Shown: piece by piece, positions 27,343 through 37,041 of the stretch | Layout: each line of letters opens with the position of its first letter | Numbering within the stretch: the stretch's first letter is position 1 | Position numbers and translations under genes: made by a program | The notes under the pieces: generated by a model | Seen by the model: only the letters and a program-made list of their open reading frames with translations | The model's database searches: none | What the model was told of the DNA's origin: nothing | Origin: Terrimicrobiaceae bacterium | GTDB lineage: Bacteria > Verrucomicrobiota > Verrucomicrobiia > Chthoniobacterales > Terrimicrobiaceae | DNA length: 64,000 nt | Direction: 5' to 3' | Assembly: GCA_041752695.1 (NCBI GenBank) | Contig: JBGSVZ010000070.1 | Span: forward strand, 1 to 64,000

Positions 27343-28367
27343 TTCGCAGATCGGATACTAACGTTAGTGGTAAAAACCCGGTAACTTATTCGGTTATCCA
27401 CCAAATATTGTTCCAAATTTTGCAGATCAGTCTGCAATAATGCAGGATCAGAGAAAAGCCCATTGAGCTTGGCCTTGAGGGCGGACGCGCCAGCCTCACC
27501 CATGCGGTTGGCGGACAATTCGTCCACCGCCACCATGGTGACTTGAACAACCGGAGGGAGCTGGTTCTCGGGATTCAGATCCGGGTCGGCTGTCGTGCTC
27601 ATGTTCAGGCCCGTCGAATCGTAGAGGTAATTCGGTGCGAGGCTGCCCTCGTCGTAGTTCCCCGCCACCTGATCCGCCCCACTGAGCTTGGGCAAGATCA
27701 CCAAGGCGATGATGTTTTCCGCCACCACTCCCAAGTTGGCCGACGATGAGAGGGGCTCGGCAAACCACTCTTTGCCAGTGTAGGCCCCCGAACCTCCGGC
27801 CTTGGCTTCCTGTTGGTAGAGCGCCATCGAATCGGAGGGCTCCATGAGTTCCATTAACCGAAAGCGATTACGGTACGGTAAAATGCTCTCGCTGACAAAA
27901 GCGGGCCGGGTGCCCTGATCGCTGCCATACTCAATGAAAAATCCCCAGGTATTGAGCAAGTTGCGAAACCGGCTGTAGGAGCTGCTGGAAACATAACCAA
28001 GCGGAGCCTGAAAGAAGATCCCGTGGGTGGTGCAATTATCACTTAAACCCAGGGTGTTACCTCGCCCACTTATAAAGCGCAGATCGGATTGCCGGACATA
28101 CTTCGTGGGAGCCTGAGTTGGATCATTGAGGGGATAGCTGTAGTCCCAGTAGGTATTGAGCGTCGCCTGGCTCAACCTTCTGGTGATGGTCTCGAAAGCC
28201 TCTCGGGCTTCCCGGAAATGCTGGGTTTTGGCCGTGGCGTCGCTCCAGCTCCGCCTTGTCGCATCTGTAATGGAGACCAGGAGTGCCATCAGAAGGGCAA
28301 GCACGGCCACGGAAACAAGCAGTTCGATCAGGGTGAACGCTCTGCGCTTTGCGAGTATCGTGTCCAT
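27318..28367 (-). CDS. Verru_Chthon cassette protein C (PilW/GspJ-like pilin)
   Basis: RRA-FTLIELL, LSQATLNTYWDY, YVRQSDLRF, HGIFFQAPLG, NQLPPVVQVTMVAVDE. TGATG overlap with B. Confidence 0.92.
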   Translation of the reverse strand: MDTILAKRRAFTLIELLVSVAVLALLMALLVSITDATRRSWSDATAKTQHFREAREAFETITRRLSQATLNTYWDYSYPLNDPTQAPTKYVRQSDLRFISGRGNTLGLSDNCTTHGIFFQAPLGYVSSSSYSRFRNLLNTWGFFIEYGSDQGTRPAFVSESILPYRNRFRLMELMEPSDSMALYQQEAKAGGSGAYTGKEWFAEPLSSSANLGVVAENIIALVILPKLSGADQVAGNYDEGSLAPNYLYDSTGLNMSTTADPDLNPENQLPPVVQVTMVAVDELSANRMGEAGASALKAKLNGLFSDPALLQTDLQNLEQYLVDNRISYRVFTTNVSIRSAKWSRHQKT

Positions 28368-28954
28368 CACTGTCGGGAGACCATGGTGGAGGACATAAAG
28401 AGGGGCACCACGCGGGCTGTTCCTCCTTCGAAGGTGCCGCTCCACAAGTTGCTCAGAGTGACATCCGTCTCATAAGCGAGCGCTCCGCCCCCCGGGTTCT
28501 TGACCACTTGCACAGTTACCGTCGCGAGATCCGGGTTGGTGAAAGGCGGGTCCGCCGGAGATTCCGTGGCGGGCTTAATGCGTGTATTCACATGGTAAAT
28601 CGCCCTCGTGGGGTCGGTCAATTCCCCGCCCTGATCGTCAAAATAGCGGAGGGCTTTTACCCCCGTGGATCCGGCGGAAATGGCGTTCCCCGTGCTGTCC
28701 TTGATGAGCTGGTCGAAGTCCGTCTCTTGGGCTTCGCTGATGATTTGCTGGAGGATCTGCGAACTGACTGTGGTCTCAATGCTTTCGCGCAGAATACTCA
28801 AGCCCGCGGGAAGCAGTCCGAAAACTGCCAGAATCCCAAACGCGACAATGCCGATGGCGAGAACGACTTCCACCAGGCTAAAGCCAGCCCCGCGGAGTCG
28901 GCGGCCCCCAGGCTTTCGGTGGACCTCAAGGACGATAGGACCGTACTTTTCCAT
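28367..28954 (-). CDS. Verru_Chthon cassette protein B (PilV/GspI-like pilin)
   Basis: AG-FSLVEVVLAIGIVAFGILAVFGLLPAGL, RYFDDQG. Start ATG 28954. Confidence 0.9.
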   Translation of the reverse strand: MEKYGPIVLEVHRKPGGRRLRGAGFSLVEVVLAIGIVAFGILAVFGLLPAGLSILRESIETTVSSQILQQIISEAQETDFDQLIKDSTGNAISAGSTGVKALRYFDDQGGELTDPTRAIYHVNTRIKPATESPADPPFTNPDLATVTVQVVKNPGGGALAYETDVTLSNLWSGTFEGGTARVVPLFMSSTMVSRQ

Positions 28955-29633
28955 TGGAGGGTTGGATCTGAAGGGTCGCAAAATTGGGTGGTGGCGCGGT
29001 GAGGTTGTCTCCCTTGAGGGCATCATGGACGGTAAAGAACCACTGGATCTGCGCGGATTGCGGGGGAAGATTCGTTGAGCCATCCGGCAGAAAACTGAAG
29101 CGCATGACGGAATACGCTGTGCCCAGGGCCGGGATCGCATAACCGAGATCGCTGCCACTGGAGACGGTTGGCACCGCATTGCCCCCGGCGGCGCTGCCGA
29201 TGAGCGTGGAGAGGGCGTTTCCACTGTCAATGATGACAGAAGGCCCAGGCAGCCGGGTGAACTTACTGACAGCCCGGTATCCCAGCGCGTCCCTCCCCCC
29301 AGGGGCGGTCGCCAGCGCGGCGGCGGAGTCGGGAACTTCAAAAAGCTGGATGGCCCGCACGCTGGCGGCAGTTCCTGCGGTCATTTGCGGATCGATAAAC
29401 TTGTAGAGGCGCACTTCGATCTGGCGATTGCTGCTCAGCGCCATCTGCCTCGCCAGAGCCAACTGGTCTGTCAGGACCTGCGCCGCCTGGCCAATTTCTC
29501 CGCTGCGAAGCATCCCATTCACGGCAGGCGTTCCCAACCCGATCAACACCGATATCACGCCAAGGACAGCGAGCAGCTCCAGCAAGGTCATGCCGGAGGC
29601 TGATCGGGTGGAACTATTCAGACGGGCCTTCAT
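28926..29633 (-). CDS. Verru_Chthon cassette protein D (FimU/GspH-like pilin)
   Basis: SG-MTLLELL, LARQMALSSNRQIEVRLY, FSFLPDGSTNL, PPNFATLQIQPSNGKVRSYRP. Start ATG 29633. Confidence 0.9.
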   Translation of the reverse strand: MKARLNSSTRSASGMTLLELLAVLGVISVLIGLGTPAVNGMLRSGEIGQAAQVLTDQLALARQMALSSNRQIEVRLYKFIDPQMTAGTAASVRAIQLFEVPDSAAALATAPGGRDALGYRAVSKFTRLPGPSVIIDSGNALSTLIGSAAGGNAVPTVSSGSDLGYAIPALGTAYSVMRFSFLPDGSTNLPPQSAQIQWFFTVHDALKGDNLTAPPPNFATLQIQPSNGKVRSYRP

Positions 29634-29784
29634 CGTTTTCCCAAGAAAATCCCTCCCCTCGTTCGACTGGCATTTTTGATTGAGGGTGAGGGATAAGTTC
29701 GACACGTGAAAGGGAAGAATCCAGATTTTCAACCGTTTTCGGGAAGCAGGGCTCATAACACGACCAAATATTTTTACGCCTCGC

Positions 29785-31278
29785 TCAGGGCAACGGATTC
29801 ATGCGACCAATTTTGTGGCCGATCGCCCCATAAAAAGCGACGTAGGCATAAGCGATGAGCGGAACGATGAAAGACAGCTGCAGGTTGTGCGTCACGTCGG
29901 CAACCAGTCCCTGCAGCGGCGGCAAGAGTGCCCCGCCAAGAATGGCCATGACCAGCAGCGAGGACGCCTGGCTTTTGAATTGACCCACCCCCTCGATGGC
30001 GAGCGAAAACGTGTTCGACCATCCGATCGAAGTGAACAGCCCGACCGCCACCACGCACCACATTGCCACCTTGCCGCCGGCCAGGATCGCGGTCAGCAGC
30101 AGCACCACCACCGTCGTCATGAATATCATCAACGTGCGCCCGGCCTGCGATTTGCCAAAAAGAAAGAGCAGCCAGCAAAGTCCGATAAAAGGCAGATAAG
30201 TCCGGAAAACCGGCCAGTTTTCCAGAAAACGCTCCTGCCATAGAGGGAAGATCTGCGCGTTTGAGCCCTCACGCATCGCGTCGAGCGGAGCGCTTTGTGC
30301 AAACCATAGGAATAAGAACGAAACCAACGGGATCACCACCAACAGTGCCTGTTTAGTTGTCTTTTTCATTTCGCTCAATTCGACCGCGCCCATGAATCTC
30401 CCGATCAAAAGCCCGCCCCAATAGAGCGAGACGAATTTACTCGCCTCCATCTCGTTCAGCCCGGCCACTTCCGGCCGTCCAAGGAAATTGATGATGGCAC
30501 TGCCGACCGCCACCTCACCGCCAACGTACATAAAAATGCCGATAATCCCCAACACGACATGAGGATACCGCAGCGCCCCTGCACCGGGCTCGATTTTCCC
30601 CTCCCCAATATGTGGCAGCCGGATGAAGAAGAACACCCCCGCGAGCAGCAGAAAGACGACGCAGAACGCCAGGTAGGGCACCTTCACTGAGTCCACCCCA
30701 TGCGCACCGGTCCGGGCAAAATATTGGAAGATCAGCCAGCCCCCGATGAGCGGCCCAATGGCGGTGCCAATGGCGTTGAAGCCCTGCGCGAGATTTAATC
30801 GACTCGAAGCCGTCCGCTCTGGCCCGAGAATCGTGACGTAGGGATTGGCCGCAATTTGCAGCATGGCAAAACCCAGTCCAACCACGAAAAGCGCCACCAG
30901 AAACATCGGATAAGAAACCACGACTGCCGCCGGCCAGAACAGCGCGCTTCCCACCGCGGAGATCAACAGGCCCACCACCACCCCATTTTTGTAGCCTATT
31001 TTTGCGATTGGATCGCCTTTTGTCACCGAGACCACAAAGTAAAGCAGCGAGCCGATGAAATAGGCCCCGAAAAACGCAAACTGCACCAACATCGCCTCAA
31101 AATAGCTTAGGGTGAAGGCCTCCTTGAACCGCGGGATCAGAATATCATTGAAGACGGTCATGAACCCCCACAGGAAAAACAGCGAGGTCATGATGGCAAA
31201 CGGACCGCGATAGCCGCGACCGTCGCTGGTGGGATCGGCGGCGCGTGAAGGGTCAGAGGGAGATTGGATGACAGCCAT
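29785..31278 (-). CDS. fucP: Fucose/glucose/galactose:H+ symporter (FucP family MFS)
   Basis: SLFFLWGF, NDILIP, LVQFAFFGAYF, LQIAANPYV..LG..RTASSRLNLAQGFN, FMYVGGEV, LVMAILGGA. The substrate itself is not provable from sequence. Confidence 0.85.
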   Translation of the reverse strand: MAVIQSPSDPSRAADPTSDGRGYRGPFAIMTSLFFLWGFMTVFNDILIPRFKEAFTLSYFEAMLVQFAFFGAYFIGSLLYFVVSVTKGDPIAKIGYKNGVVVGLLISAVGSALFWPAAVVVSYPMFLVALFVVGLGFAMLQIAANPYVTILGPERTASSRLNLAQGFNAIGTAIGPLIGGWLIFQYFARTGAHGVDSVKVPYLAFCVVFLLLAGVFFFIRLPHIGEGKIEPGAGALRYPHVVLGIIGIFMYVGGEVAVGSAIINFLGRPEVAGLNEMEASKFVSLYWGGLLIGRFMGAVELSEMKKTTKQALLVVIPLVSFLFLWFAQSAPLDAMREGSNAQIFPLWQERFLENWPVFRTYLPFIGLCWLLFLFGKSQAGRTLMIFMTTVVVLLLTAILAGGKVAMWCVVAVGLFTSIGWSNTFSLAIEGVGQFKSQASSLLVMAILGGALLPPLQGLVADVTHNLQLSFIVPLIAYAYVAFYGAIGHKIGRMNPLP

Positions 31279-31341
31279 AAGACGGGAGGTTGACTTTCCC
31301 AATCTCGCCGAGGCATCTCACGGAAACAATCCGGGCCTCGT

Positions 31342-31352
31342 TCATATTGTTG
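31342..31352 (-). promoter_or_regulatory. CAACAATATGA motif upstream of the fucP-like gene
   Basis: TCATATTGTTG on the + strand; the same motif occurs at 22305, 31598 and 36865. Confidence 0.55.
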
Positions 31353-31597
31353 CGCAGACCGCAGCGATGGCTCCCCTCGAAGTAAAAGCTCGGTCCGAAT
31401 TTATCACGCTTATCTCATTGAGCTCTCACGCTCCACGACCACCCGGCGGGCCCCGGCAAACCACATTCCCGACAATTATCCGGCTTCTCGGGCGCGATTC
31501 GCCGGTTCCGCGCCAGCCGGGTGCCCGGTTCCGCGCGGCAGGACATCAGGACGGAGGGAGCCTTTCCCCTTGGGTGCCGAACTCTATAACGGAAGTT

Positions 31598-31608
31598 CAA
31601 CGATATGA
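31598..31608 (+). promoter_or_regulatory. CAACGATATGA motif upstream of the PEP-CTERM gene
   Basis: Copy of the recurrent motif about 90 nt before ATG 31700. Confidence 0.55.
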
Positions 31609-31699
31609 CTCAGACGCCACTTGCTCCTCCGCTGGCGGCATGAAATCCTGCTTCCGGAGGCTAGTTTCTCCACCACCCACCATGATCAAAGTCCCCAGC

Positions 31700-33256
31700 A
31701 TGAAAACCACCCCATCCCACCGCCGCCCCTCCCACAGCTCTTCGCTACGTGCCTTGAGCGTCTGCCTTCTGCTCGCGGGGCCGATGACCCACGCTGCCGA
31801 TACGACGACCACCGCCTGGAGTGGCACGACTTCTACCACTTGGGCGACTAACACCAACTGGGCGGGGAGCCTTTTGCCGTCAGCGACAGTCAGCGCCAAG
31901 TTTGACTCGACCTTTGCCAATCAGCCTCAATTGACCAGTAACGTTACAACCCAAGGCATTTGGCTTGCCACTGGGGTTGGACAGGATGTTGTGATCGGGA
32001 AAGACGGCAGTGCCCGGACAATCAACATTACGGGTAATGCCACACTAAACGGACAGGCCAACGCCGGAATTCTTCTGGACGACTCAGCCAATCATAATTT
32101 GACGCTCGGCGATGGCTCCGCGGGCAACTACATCATCGCCCTAACGAACAGCACTGGATTTTATGTCAATAATTCCGGCACCTTGACATTACAGGGGCTT
32201 TCGAACCTTAACTTGGGTTCAAATACGTTGACCCTCGGTGGGAGCAATGCTTCCGGCGCAATTTCGATCACCAAAGGCATCACAGGAAATGGTGCGATCG
32301 TCGTGAATACCGCCGGTGTGGTCACCATTAACAATACTGGTAACAACTACGCGGGAGGCACGACCCTCACCGCCGGCACGCTCAACATCAACAACGCGAA
32401 GGCATTGGGTCTCACGGCTGGAACTTTCGCGATCAACGGTGGCACGATCGACAACACAAGCGGTGCAGCCATCGCGAGCTTGTCCAACAACAATGCGATC
32501 ACCATTGGAGGAAACTTCGCTTTCAAGGGCAGCAATGACCTCGGACTTGGGGCGGGGGCGGTGAATCTTGGGGGCGCGACACGCACCATCACGACGGAGG
32601 CTGGCAGATTGACTTTGGGCGGCGCGATCTCCAACGGTGGCTTAACCAAGGCCGGCGCGGGCACACTGGCACTTTCCGCCATCAACAGCTACTCCGGCAC
32701 GACAACCGTATCCGCCGGAACACTGGTGCTCTCGGGAAATGGTGAAATCAATTCCAGTTCCAGTATCTCGGTTTCCGCCGGTGCGACGATTGAGAACAAC
32801 AACAACGCCTCATCGGTCACGCCAGCTCTCGCTCTGGCCGAAGGGGCGGCCGTCCTCACCTCGGCGGCCACAAGCGCCTTCGCGCCGACGAGTTTGACGC
32901 TTTCAGGGAATCTTTCCGACGGCTGGTCGGCAATTTCCCTGACTGCGACACTCGGCAGCGGCTTGATAAAGAGTGGCGACCTCACGCTTTCGCTCACGGG
33001 GATTACGGCAGGAACCTATAACCTGACGAGCGGAACGGGTTTTTCCGGCAGCTTTACGACAGCCAATGTGAACGGCAGTGCGCTCACCATCAGTGGTTCG
33101 GATTTCAGCGGGGACAACATCGGGGGCTTTGATTTTGACTACACGAACAGCACCAATGTGCTCGTGGTTACAGCCGTGCCTGAGCCGCAAACGATGGTTC
33201 TTCTCGCCGTCGGCCTGACGGCCGCCATGGTCCTCCGCCGCCGGAGAGACTTCTGA
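31700..33256 (+). CDS. PEP-CTERM surface protein with autotransporter-associated beta-strand repeats
   Basis: Signal peptide; repeats NNYAGGTTLTAGTL and GLTKAGAGTLALSAINSYSGTTTVSAGTL; C-terminus VPEPQTMVLLAVGLTAAMVLRRRRDF. Start placed at 31700 (31682 possible). Confidence 0.92.
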   Translation: MKTTPSHRRPSHSSSLRALSVCLLLAGPMTHAADTTTTAWSGTTSTTWATNTNWAGSLLPSATVSAKFDSTFANQPQLTSNVTTQGIWLATGVGQDVVIGKDGSARTINITGNATLNGQANAGILLDDSANHNLTLGDGSAGNYIIALTNSTGFYVNNSGTLTLQGLSNLNLGSNTLTLGGSNASGAISITKGITGNGAIVVNTAGVVTINNTGNNYAGGTTLTAGTLNINNAKALGLTAGTFAINGGTIDNTSGAAIASLSNNNAITIGGNFAFKGSNDLGLGAGAVNLGGATRTITTEAGRLTLGGAISNGGLTKAGAGTLALSAINSYSGTTTVSAGTLVLSGNGEINSSSSISVSAGATIENNNNASSVTPALALAEGAAVLTSAATSAFAPTSLTLSGNLSDGWSAISLTATLGSGLIKSGDLTLSLTGITAGTYNLTSGTGFSGSFTTANVNGSALTISGSDFSGDNIGGFDFDYTNSTNVLVVTAVPEPQTMVLLAVGLTAAMVLRRRRDF

Positions 33257-33270
33257 TATTCCCGGAAAAT

Positions 33271-33315
33271 TCTTCATGTCCTCTTGCCACGGGGGGGTGG
33301 CAAGGGGCATGAAGA
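33271..33315 (+). terminator. Strong stem-loop after the PEP-CTERM gene (terminator-like or mRNA stabiliser; no U-tract)
   Basis: TCTTCATGTCCTCTTGCCAC / GTGGCAAGGGGCATGAAGA with a G-rich loop. Confidence 0.6.
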
Positions 33316-33474
33316 CCACGGCAGCCTCTTAGGGTTGCAAGAGTTTCAGGAGAAGGGATTTAATCCACATTCCCTCGTGGCGAGGAACACGGTAAGAGTC
33401 CGATGGGAATTCTTTTCCGGGGTCAACCGGGTGGCCTTCGGATCCGACCCGCGGAAGACAATCCACACTTTTTC

Positions 33475-36400
33475 ATGACAAATAGATTTGCTCTGGTCAT
33501 CGCCTCCTCTTGTGTCCTCGTATCAATGGTTAAAGCATCCCCGGTCTTCGGACCTTTTGATGCAGATGCGCGAGGGGCCGGTCCCGGCCACATCGAGTGG
33601 TTTGATGGCAAACCGCCGACCGAACCGGGGGATCCCTGGACGATCGCGGCATGGGTGAAACCAAAGCCGGACTTTTCCATCTCCACTCCCACCTTGGTGG
33701 CCGGCTTTGGTGACGGCGTGGACTTTTTCGGCGCGCAGCGGTTCATCGCGGCCGACGCCAACGGCTGGTTTTTCTGGTATGGCAACTCCCAGCCCCTGCT
33801 CAAAGATCTGAAGACCGGCAAGTTGCCCGTCCTGCCTGTGTTGCCCGATCGAGTTTCTTTCAACGCGGAGGCGAAGGCGGACGTCTGGAAGCACCTCGTG
33901 GCCAGCTTTGACGGCAAAACGCTCCGCCTCTTTGTCGATGGCAAGCTGACGGCCACCGAGAACATCACCCTCACGCGCGCTGCGATGCAGCCGTTGGTGG
34001 CCCCTCCCCCGGCCTGGCAATACGGCGGTTGTTTCGCTGGCAAGGTTGCCCGATTTACGATCTGGGACAAGGTTTTGCCGGAGAGCGAAATTGCACGGCT
34101 CGCCGGCGAAAATGCCGACCTTGCCGCCACCACATTCACCCCGGCACCACCGGGAGACACCCCGTCCTATCGGATCAATGCCCGGGATTTTTGGACCGGC
34201 CGCGATCGGAATCTCCCGGCCCAGGACCCGTCCACGCTCCCGAAACCGGTTCCCGAAGTAAAGACAGAGCGTCTCCCCAAGTTAAGCCCCCGCCCAACCG
34301 CAACCCCCGATGGTCGGGGCAATCTTGTGCTCAACCGAGGCTGGGAAATGGCCGACGCCTGGACGGTGCCAGCGACACCTGAGCAAATCTCGCAACCGGG
34401 CTTCGATACCGCTTCCTGGTATGATGCCACAGTCCCTGGAACCGCGTTGACCACACTGGTCCAGCAAGGCGTTTACCCCGATCCTCTCCACGGACTGAAC
34501 AACCTGCTTATTCCCGACCTTGCCAAACATTCCTGGTGGTATCGGGTGGAGTTCCCCACTCCCCCGGCGTGGAAAGGCCGCAATGTCGGGCTCACCTTCA
34601 AGGGCATCAACTATCGTTCCGAGATCTGGCTGAATGGCCGCAAACTTGGGCAGACCAGCGGGGCCTTTATCCGGGGCCAGTTCCAAGTTGCTCCCGAGCT
34701 TGTCGCAGAAGGAAATAATGTGCTTGCGGTGCGAGTTTGGCCCCAGCCTCACTACAACGCCCAGGGTTGCGGCGAGGAATCCATCGCCGCCGGAGCCGGC
34801 CCGAACGGCGGCGACGGCACGCTCGACGGTCCCAGTTTCTTTTGCACCGATGGATGGGACTGGATCCCCACCATCCGCGACCGCTGCACCGGCATCTGGC
34901 AGGACGTCGTCCTACATCCCACCGGGCCGGTCGCCATCGGCGACCCCCAAGTCGTCACCACCCTGCCCAAGCTGCCTGATCTCTCCATGGCTGAAGTGGC
35001 GATTTCCTCGGATCTGCGCAACCTCACTCAAAATCCCCAGACTGTCACCGTCGAGGTATCGATCGCCGGAGCCAAAGAAGCCAAATCCGTAATATTGGCC
35101 GCTGGTGCGACCGAAACCGTCAAATTTCAACTCTCGGTTAGCCACCCGAAACTCTGGTGGCCCAATGGTTATGGCGAACCGACGCTGCACGACTTCACCC
35201 TCTCGGTGGTGGACGCCGACAAGCGCGAATCCGACCGCTTCACCCAGCGCATCGGTCTCCGCCAGATCGACTACGAATACCTCCCTGCTGCCAAGGATTT
35301 CCCGAACAATACCCCGCTTGTCATCAAGGTGAATGGCCGGCGCATCTACGCGCGGGGCGGGAATTGGGGTCAGGATGACGCCCTCAAACGTTCGTCCACG
35401 GAGCGTCTCGAACCCTACTTCCGTTTGCACCGCGACGCGAATTTTACCCTCATCCGGAATTGGTGCGGACAAAGCACCCAGGAAAATTTTTATGAACTCG
35501 CCGACAAATACGGCCTCATGGTCTGGAATGACTTTTGGCTCTCGACCACCAGTTACAACAACCCCGCCGTCGATGCCGAGCGCTTCCTCGCCAATGCCGA
35601 GGATGTTATCAAGCGCTTTCGCAACCACGCCTCCATCGTGATCTGGTGCGGACGCAATGAAGGTTTCCCACCCGTCTGGATCAACGAACCCCTCGACCGA
35701 CTTCTCACGACACTCGATGGTACCCGGAAGTACATTCCCCAATCCACCAACCGCCAGTTCCTGATGAAAAGCGGTCCCTGGGCGATTCAGGAGCCCGCCT
35801 ATTATTACAACCGGCAACAAGGCTTCTGCACCGAACTCGGCGTCAACTCCGTGCCGACCGCCGATGCCATGCGGGCCATGCTCGATCCAAGTCAGTATTG
35901 GCCGGCTCTCGAACAGGACGCCTGGGCGTACCACGATTTCCACAGCAACGACAACGGCTCCCGCACGCCCTACCTCAAAGAGTCGGACATCCGCTATGGC
36001 AAGGGAGAGAACCTCGACGACTTCATCCGTCGCGTCCAGATGCTCAACTACACCCAGCATCGACTGATGTTCGAGTCGTGGAATTCCAACCTCTGGAATC
36101 CCTGCACGGGCCTGCTCCTTTGGATGACCCACCCCGCCTGGCCCAGCACCGTCTGGCAGGTTTATTCCAGCGACTACGACACCCACGCCGCTTACTACGG
36201 CAGCAAGAAAGCCTGCGAGCCCGTACATGTGCAGTGGAACCTGAACGATGACTCCGTCTCGATCATCAACAATCCGGAAGACGCGCTCGAAAACGCCAGC
36301 CTCACGATCAAGCTCATCGGCTTGGATGACTCGACCTTAAGTGAATCAACCACCCCGATCAAGGTCGCCCCCAACAGCGCCGAGCGGCTAGCAACGGTGG

Positions 36401-36828
36401 CTTGGGCGGATTTCGCGACGCAGCCTGTGCAGTTCCTAAAGCTCGCATTGCATGACCAGACCGGGAAACTGCTTTCGGAGAATTTTTACTGGCACTCCCA
36501 AAAGCCGGAGCAATTGCGACTGCTCGAGAATTTGCCCCAGGTGGCGTTGAGTGGCGCAGTGCGATTCAGCGTGGAGGGCGAGGAGACGATCGCCCATGTT
36601 GATTTGAGCAATCCCGCAAAAACTGTCGCACTGATGTCCCACCTCTGCCTGCGGAACGCGGAGACCGGGACACGCATCCTTCCCGCCTACGCCAGCGATA
36701 ACTACGTCTCCCTGCTGCCCGGCGAGAAGAAAACTCTTACCATACGCTGCAAGAACAAGGATGTCGCGCCAACGATGGCGATCTCATTGGATGGCTGGAA
36801 TGTGAATCCGACCACCTTGCGGGAGTAA
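33475..36828 (+). CDS. Exported LamG-domain + GH2 (beta-mannosidase/exo-beta-glucosaminidase-like)
   Basis: LamG WTIAAWVKP...WKHLVASFDG..LRLFVDG; GH2 ATVPGT, GWDWIPTIRDRCTGIWQDV, LWWPNGYGEP, acid/base GRNEG, nucleophile TELG. Confidence 0.93.
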   Translation: MTNRFALVIASSCVLVSMVKASPVFGPFDADARGAGPGHIEWFDGKPPTEPGDPWTIAAWVKPKPDFSISTPTLVAGFGDGVDFFGAQRFIAADANGWFFWYGNSQPLLKDLKTGKLPVLPVLPDRVSFNAEAKADVWKHLVASFDGKTLRLFVDGKLTATENITLTRAAMQPLVAPPPAWQYGGCFAGKVARFTIWDKVLPESEIARLAGENADLAATTFTPAPPGDTPSYRINARDFWTGRDRNLPAQDPSTLPKPVPEVKTERLPKLSPRPTATPDGRGNLVLNRGWEMADAWTVPATPEQISQPGFDTASWYDATVPGTALTTLVQQGVYPDPLHGLNNLLIPDLAKHSWWYRVEFPTPPAWKGRNVGLTFKGINYRSEIWLNGRKLGQTSGAFIRGQFQVAPELVAEGNNVLAVRVWPQPHYNAQGCGEESIAAGAGPNGGDGTLDGPSFFCTDGWDWIPTIRDRCTGIWQDVVLHPTGPVAIGDPQVVTTLPKLPDLSMAEVAISSDLRNLTQNPQTVTVEVSIAGAKEAKSVILAAGATETVKFQLSVSHPKLWWPNGYGEPTLHDFTLSVVDADKRESDRFTQRIGLRQIDYEYLPAAKDFPNNTPLVIKVNGRRIYARGGNWGQDDALKRSSTERLEPYFRLHRDANFTLIRNWCGQSTQENFYELADKYGLMVWNDFWLSTTSYNNPAVDAERFLANAEDVIKRFRNHASIVIWCGRNEGFPPVWINEPLDRLLTTLDGTRKYIPQSTNRQFLMKSGPWAIQEPAYYYNRQQGFCTELGVNSVPTADAMRAMLDPSQYWPALEQDAWAYHDFHSNDNGSRTPYLKESDIRYGKGENLDDFIRRVQMLNYTQHRLMFESWNSNLWNPCTGLLLWMTHPAWPSTVWQVYSSDYDTHAAYYGSKKACEPVHVQWNLNDDSVSIINNPEDALENASLTIKLIGLDDSTLSESTTPIKVAPNSAERLATVAWADFATQPVQFLKLALHDQTGKLLSENFYWHSQKPEQLRLLENLPQVALSGAVRFSVEGEETIAHVDLSNPAKTVALMSHLCLRNAETGTRILPAYASDNYVSLLPGEKKTLTIRCKNKDVAPTMAISLDGWNVNPTTLRE

Positions 36829-36864
36829 TAACAGTCGATCGGAGAAAACAATGCGCCGGTCATT

Positions 36865-36875
36865 CAACAATATGA
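36865..36875 (+). promoter_or_regulatory. CAACAATATGA motif upstream of the esterase-GH operon
   Basis: Copy of the recurrent motif; here inside GTCAT-N8-ATGAC (36859-36876). Confidence 0.55.
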
Positions 36876-37041
36876 CTTCCGCAAGGGGTGCACTTATTCT
36901 GCATGGCGATACCTTCATTGCCTAACGATCCCCCTTGGAACGTATGCCAACCCACAGGTTCTCATTTTTAGCACTGGCCTACCCCGTGACCCCCAGCGGC
37001 GTCACTGGCGAAATGAGCCTCTCCTGCCTGCCGGAACATCA

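Noticed and set aside
31502..31536. CCGGTTCCGCGC direct repeat (period 23)
   Set aside because: Two GC-rich copies only, not seen in other promoters; may be chance.
31229..31699. 157-codon N-terminal extension of the PEP-CTERM ORF
   Set aside because: It overlaps the fucP start and the divergent promoter region; the signal peptide begins near 31700.
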